Assembly: GCA_035710125.1 (NCBI GenBank)
Contig: DASTDY010000070.1
Coordinates: forward strand, 25,396-89,395
DNA length: 64,000 bases
Direction: 5' to 3'
Source: Candidatus Saccharimonadales bacterium
Lineage (GTDB): Bacteria > Patescibacteriota > Saccharimonadia > Saccharimonadales > EFPC-124
A model generated the notes under the pieces. It made no database searches, was not told where the DNA came from, and worked only from the letters and a program-made list of their open reading frames with translations. Made by a program: the position numbers and the translations under genes. Positions 55,393-63,850 of the stretch are shown one piece after another (positions within the stretch are counted from its first letter, which is position 1; each line of letters begins with the position of its first letter).

Positions 55393-56001
55393 TCAGGGTG
55401 CGCTGAAATGGAGTTTGTCGACGCGCATGCGGGCCTCGACATAGTTAGAAAACCAGACGTCACCGAAGCGACGCGTAAGTCCTCCGGCCCACAAGCGCTT
55501 TTCGACCTCCCACAACCAGTACGCAACAGCTGTGGCAACCAGGCCTGCGCCCACTCCCCACCAGCTGAACTGAAAAAACGAACTCGTACGAAGCGCCAGG
55601 TTGCTATCGGCAACGATGGCGGCTGTGACCTGGATACCCACAGCCACCAGAACGCCCGTCGCCAGCGTCCCTTGCCGGTAGCGGCAGAATCTTATGCGTA
55701 TAGCGGGATAGTCCTGTGCGCATGATGCCTGCGAAGCTATGTACGTCATACGGCAGACAAAACTTGCCAGCGCCAACGGCAAGCCTGCACTCGCCAGTAT
55801 TGGTGGCGCCCAGGCCATCTCCAGACCAGTCAAGCCAAGGCCCACACCTACGCCAAGACAGTAGGCGAGTGCGGCGTACAGATGGCTGGGCACTTCGGTT
55901 GGTAACCATCTGCGACGTACGGCCTCGAGCAGGCTTCTAGACCCCTCAATCACGCCGGACAGCGCAACACCCCAGCCGATTATCTGGACAATGATGTTCA
56001 C
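55393..56001 (-). CDS. Hypothetical polytopic membrane protein, high-GC islet
   Basis: 202 aa, five or six TM-like helices. Confidence 0.4.
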   Translation of the reverse strand: MNIIVQIIGWGVALSGVIEGSRSLLEAVRRRWLPTEVPSHLYAALAYCLGVGVGLGLTGLEMAWAPPILASAGLPLALASFVCRMTYIASQASCAQDYPAIRIRFCRYRQGTLATGVLVAVGIQVTAAIVADSNLALRTSSFFQFSWWGVGAGLVATAVAYWLWEVEKRLWAGGLTRRFGDVWFSNYVEARMRVDKLHFSAP

Positions 56002-56123
56002 AACACACCTCGATTTCAGGCAATGAAGTCGGAATAATTATATCATCGAGCAAAAAATTATCAACCTCACTTTACAATCCTCAAAAAAGAGCGCCCCCGA
56101 AGAGGCGCCCTTCCTGCACTCAC

Positions 56124-56600
56124 CTACACCCTAGTGAGCTTTTTGGCCGCCCGGCACCACAAGTGCAACAGAGGCAGGCCCACCAGGCATCCAGCTGCGA
56201 TCAGCCAGACATCGAGCCACTTGCCCATGATGGCCAGAGTGACGCCCAGCACCAGTGAACTGAGCACCAGCAAGGCCTGCGCCCAGTGGACGAACTTGAT
56301 CTCTGCCTCGGTGTTCCAGTCTACGAACCAGTCGAAGAGAAGCGCCGTGAGCAGTAGGGCGGACACCTGCATCACCGTGATGGCGGCGATGCAGTACATC
56401 ACACTGGGGTACACGCCAGCGTGCTTCAGCGATTCCGCAGCAGCGGTGATCGGAAGCATGCCTTGGAAGAGGCCAACGTAGCGCGACCTTCCCCCGTGCT
56501 TGAACCCGCGGAAAATCAGCCATCCAGCGACCACCAACAAAACAGCGGCCACAGAGATCAACTCAATGCGCAATACCGACACCTGTCTTCCGGTTGACAT
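56124..56600 (-). CDS. Hypothetical polytopic membrane protein, high-GC islet
   Basis: 158 aa, four TM-like helices. Confidence 0.4.
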   Translation of the reverse strand: MSTGRQVSVLRIELISVAAVLLVVAGWLIFRGFKHGGRSRYVGLFQGMLPITAAAESLKHAGVYPSVMYCIAAITVMQVSALLLTALLFDWFVDWNTEAEIKFVHWAQALLVLSSLVLGVTLAIMGKWLDVWLIAAGCLVGLPLLHLWCRAAKKLTRV

Positions 56601-56690
56601 ACAAGAAGGCTCCCAGAGTATAGCAAACCTAAACAGCTAATTCTAATGTCTGCCGGACAACAAGCATATCCTCATGTAGATAATAAAAAT

Positions 56691-56740
56691 TACACACAAA
56701 AAAGCGCCAGGAGAGGGTGGGCTTCTCCTGGCGCTATTTC
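56691..56740. terminator. Strong hairpin agcgccaggag-N11-ctcctggcgct flanked by an A-run (5') and ATTT (3'); bidirectional terminator-like element in a 430-bp divergent intergenic region
   Basis: 11-bp perfect stem (56703-56713 / 56725-56735), read directly. Confidence 0.45.
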
Positions 56741-57035
56741 ACCCTTCAACCCACCCGATCTGGGCATTAGCGTGACCCACCTCACATTATAAGAGGTCCG
56801 CCGGTTAAAGGGGTTAGTTTGCATGCAACGCTTGTAACAGATTTATTTCAACCTGCAAGCGTATAAAGTGGAGGGTAGAAACTTTAGGACGCACGTTGCA
56901 CGCAATCTAACTTCACTTCTTACGAAGTGATGATAGAATTTGGGGGTATAAGGTGCAGTTTGCCCTTTTGGGGCTTACCACGTAACAATTTAACACACAT
57001 AAGCGTTTGTGTCAATACTTTTTTACACATAATCT

Positions 57036-57890
57036 ATGAAAATCAATAACATTTGCCCAGATTACCCCGAATATCTTAAGATAATACAAACTATTGCTAA
57101 TGCGCCAAAAAGGTTATGGTATATTGGCAGTATTCCGCACAGACGACTACCAACCGTGGCTATAATCGGCACACGCCGGCCAACCGCTTATGGCCAAATG
57201 GTTGCCCATAAGCTTGCCTACCAGCTTGCAAAACAAGGGGTGGTTATTGTGAGCGGTTTAGCCCTTGGGGTAGATGCCATAGCCCACAGGGCTGCACTCG
57301 AAGCCGGAGGTACTACCATTGCGATTATGCCAGGCGGGCTCACACATATTTCGCCCCGATCCAACTACAACCTGGCTGTCGATATTATAAAGAACGGCGG
57401 CATGTTACTGAGCGACTATGCGCCCGAAGACCCAATTTACAAGCAAAACTTTATTGCGCGCAACCGCATTGTGTCGGGCATTAGCGATGGCCTGCTCGTT
57501 ATTGAGGCCACTGCCAAAAGCGGCACCATGCACACCGCCAGTTTTGCACTGGAGCAGGGCCGTGCAGTCATGGCCGTGCCAGGCAACATAACCAGCGCTG
57601 CAAGTGAGGGCTGCAATAACCTTATAAAGCGTGGGGCACTCGCAGTAACAGACGTAAACGACATCTTTGCCGAAATTGGCCTTGCCACTGCACGCCAAAC
57701 TTCACTGCCGCTCGGCAACTCACCCCAGGAGCAGTCATTACTACAACTATTATTTGCGGGCGAGTCAGATGGCGACGTACTGCAACAAAAAAGCAAACTC
57801 CCATCTGCAGCATTTAGCCAAACGCTAACCATGCTAGAGCTAAGCGGTAAAATCCGTGCGTTAGGTGCCAACCAGTGGTCTCTTAAATAA
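57036..57890 (+). CDS. dprA: DNA processing protein DprA (Smf)
   Basis: VAIIGTRRPTAYGQ...VIVSGLALGVDAIAHRAALEAGGTTIAIMPGGL...ARNRIVSG... is the characteristic DprA Rossmann-like fold. Confidence 0.85.
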   Translation: MKINNICPDYPEYLKIIQTIANAPKRLWYIGSIPHRRLPTVAIIGTRRPTAYGQMVAHKLAYQLAKQGVVIVSGLALGVDAIAHRAALEAGGTTIAIMPGGLTHISPRSNYNLAVDIIKNGGMLLSDYAPEDPIYKQNFIARNRIVSGISDGLLVIEATAKSGTMHTASFALEQGRAVMAVPGNITSAASEGCNNLIKRGALAVTDVNDIFAEIGLATARQTSLPLGNSPQEQSLLQLLFAGESDGDVLQQKSKLPSAAFSQTLTMLELSGKIRALGANQWSLK

Positions 57891-57904
57891 CTTTACAAGA
57901 AGAC

Positions 57905-57952
57905 GTCCGGTCCGCTTCGGAGTTTACAGGTGAACTCCGATAGCGGCCGGAC
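57905..57952. terminator. Long imperfect inverted repeat (gtccggtccgcttcggagtttaca ggtg tgaactccgatagcggccggac) after dprA, between convergent genes
   Basis: About 20 paired bases with a few mismatches, read directly. Lies 15 nt after the dprA stop. Confidence 0.4.
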
Positions 57953-57983
57953 ATTGTCTTCATGCTTTTTAGCACAGCCTGAC

Positions 57984-58472
57984 CTACCACTCGATATACC
58001 GGAACTGATTGCAGAGCGGCAAAAAGGCGAGCTGCTTCAAATTAGGCCGCAGCGCCACCACCAGCTCCAACATCCACGACCCGGAAGCCAAAAAGAAGTC
58101 GCAGACCAGAGAAGGGCAGCCAAGGTCGCTCATCTGTAGGTGACCACGCAAGTGTGACACCTGGAGCTGCAAGTCTAGCTCCCAAAGGAACTTTGCATCA
58201 TCTGGCAACCGCTTGCCACTATGCTGAATCGCCAACTGGCTTTGCCACAATTGGCTCAGCGTGGGCGGACAAGAGTACGGCTTATCAAACACAACCTGGG
58301 AGGTCGCGAATTTTGTGCCGCCGAACCAAACCTGCTTGGTTTCGAGCGCCTCGGCCAATGCCAAGTCCCTGCCTGGCCGCAAGTCCGTAAACGTCCGCCG
58401 GATCGACCCGAGAGTCAGCTCTCGAGGGCTGAGCTCTTCCGCCGTGGGTGTTTCCGCCGCTTTGCTTGTCAT
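57984..58472 (-). CDS. Hypothetical protein, high-GC islet
   Basis: 162-aa ORF at about 60% GC. No motif recognised. Confidence 0.35.
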   Translation of the reverse strand: MTSKAAETPTAEELSPRELTLGSIRRTFTDLRPGRDLALAEALETKQVWFGGTKFATSQVVFDKPYSCPPTLSQLWQSQLAIQHSGKRLPDDAKFLWELDLQLQVSHLRGHLQMSDLGCPSLVCDFFLASGSWMLELVVALRPNLKQLAFLPLCNQFRYIEW

Positions 58473-58686
58473 TTCTTTTTACGCCCCATAACTTTGCTTC
58501 GGAGAGCGCCGTGCTGTCTTGCTAAAAACATGAAAGACCGGCAACGCATAAGCTCGCACTGTAGTCGGCGGGCCGCGTTGGTAAGCTTTGACATTACGCC
58601 GTTTTAACCTTTTTGTCAATGTAGGTCTTGCCAGCTCCCCGTGCTTGCTGTACGATGAGCCACTGAAACCTGTAGTATAAAAAAGC

Positions 58687-60987
58687 ATGAGCAAAAACCT
58701 AGTAATAGTAGAGTCCCCCGCAAAAGCCAAAACCATTGCCAAATACTTAGGCAAAGACTTTGTAGTTAAAAGCAGTTTTGGCCACGTACGCGATTTGCCT
58801 AAAAAAGGCATGAGCGTCGATATTGAGCACAACTTTGAACCAAAATACGAAGTCACCCCAGATAAAAAGAAAACTGTCGCCGAACTTCGCGCCGCCACAA
58901 AAGCCGCCCAAACAGTTTGGCTGGCATCCGATGAAGACCGCGAAGGCGAGGCAATTGCCTGGCACCTAAGTGAGGTGCTCAAATTAAAGCCGGCTAACAC
59001 AAAACGAATTGTATTCCACGAAATCACCAAACCAGCAATCGAAGCCGCCGTAAAAAACCCCCGCACAATAGACATCAAACTGGTGGACGCCCAGCAAGCC
59101 CGCCGTATTTTAGACCGCATTGTGGGGTACGAGCTAAGCCCAGTTTTATGGAAAAAGGTCCGCACGGGCCTCAGCGCTGGCCGCGTACAATCTGTTGCCG
59201 TACGCCTTATTGTTGAACGCGAACGCGAGATAGAGGCATTTACCCCCACTGCCAGCTTTAAAGTCAGCGCCATTTTTACCCTAAAAGACGGCACCGAACT
59301 AAAGGCAGAGGCACCTGTTAAATATGAATCCGAAGCCAAGGCGGCAAAATTCTTAGAACAACTCGCAAAAAGCGACTGCACCATTGCCGATGTCGCCAAG
59401 ACGCCTGGCACCCGTAGCCCAAGCGCGCCGTTTACCACGAGTACACTACAACAAGAGGCATCGCGTAAACTCGGCTACAGCCCTAAACAAACCATGATGC
59501 TCGCCCAACGGCTGTACGAAGAAGGTAACATTACCTACATGCGTACAGACTCATTCAACCTAAGCGCAATTGCCGTTGCCGCCATGTCCGACCTTATCAC
59601 CAAAGAATACGGCGCAGATTACCTACAAGCCCGCAAATACACCACCAAGTCTGCCGGCGCACAAGAGGCACACGAAGCAATCCGTCCTACAGATGTCACC
59701 AAACGTACCGCTGGTGCTGATGCACAGCAGCAAAAATTATATAACCTTATATGGCAACGCGCCGTAGCCAGCCAAATGGCCCAGGCAAAAATAGAAAAGA
59801 CCACCATTACAATTGGGCTGAGCGAAAGCAAAGATACACTAGAAGCCAAAGGCGAAATTGTACTGTTCCCAGGCTTCTTAAAGATATACGGCGATGCCAA
59901 AAACGCCGAAGAAGGGTTGCTCCCCGTAGTCGCTGTAGGCGATCCACTAAAATTGGTGGATGCCGAAGCCGAACAGGTATACAGCCGCGCCCCAAGCCGC
60001 TACACCGAGGCCAGCCTAGTGCGCAAACTAGAAGAACTCGGCATTGGCCGACCAAGCACCTACGCACCGACCATTAGCACCGTACAAGACCGTGGGTACA
60101 TAGAAAAGGCCGACGTAGAAGGCGGGGAACGCGAAATCATCCGTCTAAAATTAAAAAATGGCAACACGACACGCACCCAAGCTATAGAGCCCATTCCGAC
60201 CGATAAAGGCAAACTTGTGCCAACAGATATCGCAAAAGTGGTCACAGACTTTTTAGTGCAGCATTTTCCGAGCGTGATCGACTACGACTTTACAAAAGAC
60301 GTAGAACAGCTATTCGACGATATCGCCGAAGGCAAAGTCACCTGGCAACACATGCTCAAAGGTTTTTATGACCCATTCCACGCCATTGTAGACAAATCTG
60401 CCGACATTAGCCGCGCAGAAGCCATGCAATCGCGCCCACTCGGCAACGATCCCAAATCTGGCCGGCCTGTCAGCGCACGCTTTGGCCGCTACGGCGCAAT
60501 GGTGCAGATGGGCGAAGCAGAAGACGAAGAAAAACCAAAGTTCGCCTCTATACCGGCCGGTAAAAATATAGACACCATCACCCTAGAAGAAGCACTCACA
60601 TTATTCAACCTGCCGCGGGCCCTTGGCGTTACAGACGACGGCGAAGAGATACAAGCCAACATTGGCCGCTTCGGCCCTTACATTAAAGTTGGCAGCCGTT
60701 ATGTCAGCCTTGGCAAAAACGACCCTTACACTGTAGACCTCGCAACCGCCCAGTCCCTACTAAAAGAAGATGCCGAAAAACGCGCCAAAATGACCATCCA
60801 CGACTTTACCAAAGAAGGTATCCGCGTCTTAAATGGCCGCTTCGGCCCTTACATTACCGACGGCAAAAAAAATGTTAAAGTCCCCAAAGGCCAGGAGCCG
60901 ACCGAGCTCACCTTAGAGGACTGCAAAGCCCTCCTAGAAAAAGCACCCGTTAAAACCCGCAAACGCCAAATTAGAAAACGCGCCTAA
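58687..60987 (+). CDS. topA: DNA topoisomerase I
   Basis: MSKNLVIVESPAKAKTIAKYLG...VKSSFGHVRDLP (Toprim). ...YMRTDS... (catalytic Tyr context). C-terminal Lys-rich repeats. 766 aa. Confidence 0.9.
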   Translation: MSKNLVIVESPAKAKTIAKYLGKDFVVKSSFGHVRDLPKKGMSVDIEHNFEPKYEVTPDKKKTVAELRAATKAAQTVWLASDEDREGEAIAWHLSEVLKLKPANTKRIVFHEITKPAIEAAVKNPRTIDIKLVDAQQARRILDRIVGYELSPVLWKKVRTGLSAGRVQSVAVRLIVEREREIEAFTPTASFKVSAIFTLKDGTELKAEAPVKYESEAKAAKFLEQLAKSDCTIADVAKTPGTRSPSAPFTTSTLQQEASRKLGYSPKQTMMLAQRLYEEGNITYMRTDSFNLSAIAVAAMSDLITKEYGADYLQARKYTTKSAGAQEAHEAIRPTDVTKRTAGADAQQQKLYNLIWQRAVASQMAQAKIEKTTITIGLSESKDTLEAKGEIVLFPGFLKIYGDAKNAEEGLLPVVAVGDPLKLVDAEAEQVYSRAPSRYTEASLVRKLEELGIGRPSTYAPTISTVQDRGYIEKADVEGGEREIIRLKLKNGNTTRTQAIEPIPTDKGKLVPTDIAKVVTDFLVQHFPSVIDYDFTKDVEQLFDDIAEGKVTWQHMLKGFYDPFHAIVDKSADISRAEAMQSRPLGNDPKSGRPVSARFGRYGAMVQMGEAEDEEKPKFASIPAGKNIDTITLEEALTLFNLPRALGVTDDGEEIQANIGRFGPYIKVGSRYVSLGKNDPYTVDLATAQSLLKEDAEKRAKMTIHDFTKEGIRVLNGRFGPYITDGKKNVKVPKGQEPTELTLEDCKALLEKAPVKTRKRQIRKRA

Positions 60988-61059
60988 AACCTCTTGCTTT
61001 CTCTGTTAAAAAAAGGTAGAACTAATACAAGCTCACTTTAATTTGTGCGTTTAAAATGC

Positions 61060-61850
61060 TAACCCTCCGCCCTGAGCACGGCGGAGGGGTAGACAGCCAG
61101 GCCAACGGCTACCCCGAAGGCTGAACGTCTGGCTGGGGAACGGCGGGGTCAGCGCCTCGCCGTTCCGTAAAACTTGTGCTGGGTAACACCGCCGAACGGA
61201 CATCCCGGCGAGTGCCAGTGCGGGAGCCAGGGCTTTTTTCCTTTCACCTGGCTGGTGTCAGATAGTTTTCTGTCTGCTCCGGCCTAGAGAAGGACAGAGA
61301 GCTATCTGGCATCGAAAAAACTTGTGCTGTGGAGCACCCCTCGTCGTATTCCACAGCACAGCTGCATCAGGTAACTCTTCGGGGGTCGCCTGATGCAGAG
61401 CCAGACAGATGTGGTCCGAACTCACCCCCGGGAACCACCACATCTGTCTGGCACCTAAACCTCGAGGTGTCTTACTCTCCTGAGACATCTCAAGGGTTGC
61501 TTGTGTCCTGTCATGCTGTCCGACGGAAGGCAGGGCATAAGCACTGGTCAGGGGTTCAGCCCTGGCCATTTCACCCCGATGCCGGTCCAAGAGGTATAGG
61601 TTCGGGGTGAAAAGGGGAGTGCGTGAAGGTTTAGGGATCCCGCGCACTTTGGTTCCAACCGCATCAGCGCGAGGTTGGAACTACAGGGGGCGCGCATGTA
61701 AGAGAGATTCGCCATTCCGTGTGGCTTGAGTCTCCGGTGCGCGCCTCCTGCCTCTTAACCAAAGGCTTGGGCTATCCACCTCCTCGAGGGTAGTCCAAAT
61801 AGGGCCCCCTCTCTGGTAGATCACACTGCCAGAGAGGGGCGCCCCTCTAA
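61060..61850 (+). ncRNA. Candidate large structured ncRNA, copy A (family unassigned)
   Basis: ORF-free, hairpin-dense region. Landmarks: cttgtgctg (61321), agccagacagatgtgg-loop-ccacatctgtctgg hairpin (61399-61453), tcctgcctcttaa (61746). Terminal hairpins ccctctctgg/ccagagaggg and gagggg cg cccctc (61807-61847). Several helices contain G-T pairs only on the plus strand. Confidence 0.35.
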
Positions 61851-61989
61851 CTTGTAACGTTATTCTTATTAGAAGATCTTGACTTACACGGTCGAGAAAA
61901 GGTAGAAATAGTATCAGCGCAACCGCTATGTTCAACCTTAAGTTGGCATTGCTGGCGGCACAAAACGCAGGCGAACTCCACAGCTGCCC

Positions 61990-62560
61990 GAAAGTTCGGC
62001 TCCGGTGACGAAAGACTTCAGACTTGCACTTAGCCTAGTCTTTGGGAACCGCCGGGTAAGGCGTCTGGGCGCCGAAAGCTTGTGCTGCGACACCTTGCGC
62101 TGTCTGCAGCACATATACATCGGCGCCGACGGGTTCCGATGTAGCCAGACAGATGTGGCGCCCACTCCTGGCACCCCCCACATCTGTCTGGCCCAAAAAC
62201 CTCCCGAGTGCTCAAGAGCACACTCGGAGGTGCTTGTGTAGGATCCGGACCTGTCGGCGGACACTTCACAAGCATGTGACCAGGGAACACCACTCCTTGG
62301 TTACAAACACACCTCGTTATGCTCAAGATAGCTGGGTAACGAAGTGTGGGGGAGTACGCGGACTCTGGCGTACTATGACTCTGCCTGGCAGGGCAGAGCC
62401 TCAGGGACGCGCGTCAGTGAGATTCGCTGCACCGTGAATGCAGCTCGAGTCCTGACGCGCGTTCCTGCCTCTTAAATCGGACTGCACGATAAGTCCAAAA
62501 CCATTGCATAGGATCCCATTCGGTTATTTCATACCAGAAAGGGGATCCTTTTTCATTGCT
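61990..62560 (+). ncRNA. Candidate large structured ncRNA, copy B (diverged tandem paralogue of copy A), ending in an intrinsic-terminator-like hairpin + T-run
   Basis: The same landmarks are collinear with copy A at a ~745-bp offset: cttgtgctg (62079), agccagacagatgtgg hairpin (62143-62195), tcctgcctcttaa (62463). Helices corresponding to copy A show compensatory changes, for example tgtgctgtgg/ccacagcaca vs tgtgctgc/gcagcaca, and catcagg/cctgatg vs catcgg/ccgatg. Terminal hairpin aggatccc-N24-gggatcct + TTTTT (62510-62554). Confidence 0.35.
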
Positions 62561-62656
62561 CGAGCGCCTACTAATCCATGTTATCCACTGTTTAAAAGTC
62601 TCACAGCAGAGACTATCTTGTACGCCAAGAAAATGCTATAATAGATTAATAAATTG

Positions 62657-62685
62657 TTGACACTAATAAGCATTTGTGTTACAGT
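62657..62685 (+). promoter_or_regulatory. Candidate sigma-70 promoter for the downstream regulator gene: TTGACA -17- TACAGT with TGn extension
   Basis: ttgaca (62657-62662), 17-nt spacer, tacagt (62680-62685) preceded by tgt. About 47 nt upstream of ATG 62733, with a GAGGAAGG RBS in between. Confidence 0.35.
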
Positions 62686-62732
62686 AATATTAACATTTTG
62701 TAAAATGATGATGAGGAAGGCTTAATTAGACT

Positions 62733-63776
62733 ATGAACGACACTGCCGAAGCCGTCGTTACCCTAAATCTGCAAACTGCTGTCAAGGACATATTGGCAAC
62801 TGTTGAACGTGAGCGCGAGCGCGAAATTATCGCCCGGCGCTTTGGTTTGTATGATCGAAAGGAAACACTCGAACAAATCGGTGAACTCTTAGGTATCACC
62901 CGCGAGCGTGTTCGCCAACTAGAAAAGGCGATTATGATTCGCCTTAAGATTGCCGCCGAAGACAATCTTCCTCACATTGCAAATATCGAAAAACACTTTA
63001 TTCGCCACCTGCACGACCTTGGCCGTGTCGCCAAAGTACACGACCTCGCCAAACGAGCCGGTAACGACACGAGCGACCGCACCAAGGCCCATGTTGCCTT
63101 CTTAGCTGAAATCGCCCCACGCCTTGCCGTGGTAGACGAAAACGACCACTACCACCATGCGGTAGGCATAAAAGAGCACCACAGCGAAGCAGACATTAAA
63201 AAACATGTCGACACCATTGTAAGTACCGTAAAAAAACACGGTGAGCCTATTAGCATTGAAGAGCTTCATGCTAAAGTAGACCATGACCACCCTAGCCACG
63301 TGCGTGCGCTTGCAAGCGTCAGCAAAGAGCTAGCAAGCCTTAAAGACCGTTGGGGGCTTAGCCGCTGGCCAACCGTGAACCCTAAAAACATCCGCGACAA
63401 AATTTACGTGATTTTGCAAGAAAACGGCAAACCGCTGCACTTTAGTGATATTGCCAAGGCTATTAAGGCTTCCGATTTCCGCCGCAAAGATGTTACCACC
63501 CAAGCAATCCACAACGAACTGATTAAAGATGGTCGTTTTGTGTTGATTGGCCGAGGCATATACGCGCTTAAAGATTGGGGCTACAACAAGGGAACCGTTG
63601 CCGATATTATTATCGACATCTTAAACAAAGAGGGCGGCCCCTTGCACCGTGACGAAATCGTAAAACGCGTACTAAAACACCGCCAAGTTAAAGAAACAAC
63701 CATTCTTCTAAACTTGCAGGGCAAACAACGCTTTAAGCGAGTCGCCAAGGCAACCTACGCACTGGTTGAAAGCTAA
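62733..63776 (+). CDS. Predicted transcription factor with unusual architecture: N-terminal sigma-70 region-4 HTH + two C-terminal HARE-HTH domains
   Basis: REREREIIARRFGLYDRKETLEQIGELLGITRERVRQLEKAIMIRLK is a textbook sigma70_r4. KPLHFSDIAKAIKASDF...TTQAIHNELIKDGRFVLIGRGIYALKDWG and GPLHRDEIVKRVLKH...ETTILLNLQGKQRFKRVAKATYALVE both match the HARE-HTH pattern known from the RNAP delta subunit (phF.eIa.......tp.atl...l..D.RFv.vgRGlY.LkeW). Confidence 0.6.
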   Translation: MNDTAEAVVTLNLQTAVKDILATVEREREREIIARRFGLYDRKETLEQIGELLGITRERVRQLEKAIMIRLKIAAEDNLPHIANIEKHFIRHLHDLGRVAKVHDLAKRAGNDTSDRTKAHVAFLAEIAPRLAVVDENDHYHHAVGIKEHHSEADIKKHVDTIVSTVKKHGEPISIEELHAKVDHDHPSHVRALASVSKELASLKDRWGLSRWPTVNPKNIRDKIYVILQENGKPLHFSDIAKAIKASDFRRKDVTTQAIHNELIKDGRFVLIGRGIYALKDWGYNKGTVADIIIDILNKEGGPLHRDEIVKRVLKHRQVKETTILLNLQGKQRFKRVAKATYALVES

Positions 63777-63803
63777 AAAAACTTGAGCCATTCTGGCACC
63801 CTC

Positions 63804-63850
63804 AAGCCGCCACCTCTGGCCTGACTTTTGCAGGATAGAGGTGGCGGCTT
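63804..63850 (+). terminator. 14-bp inverted repeat aagccgccacctct-N19-agaggtggcggctt after the regulator gene; T-run follows at ~63865
   Basis: Perfect 14-bp stem, read directly, 28 nt after the stop. The TTTTT run is 15 nt downstream of the stem rather than adjacent. Confidence 0.4.

Noticed and set aside
61060-62560. RNase P RNA or tmRNA as identity of the structured tandem region
   Set aside because: A GGGTGAAAAGGGGAGTGCG stretch and CCAAATAGGG recall RNase P CR-III/P15 motifs. But the universal P4 strands (GGAAAGTCCGGGC... / ...ACAGAACCCGGCTTA) are absent and the motif order is wrong. No tRNA-like T-arm or tag-peptide frame for tmRNA was found. Left as an unassigned structured RNA.
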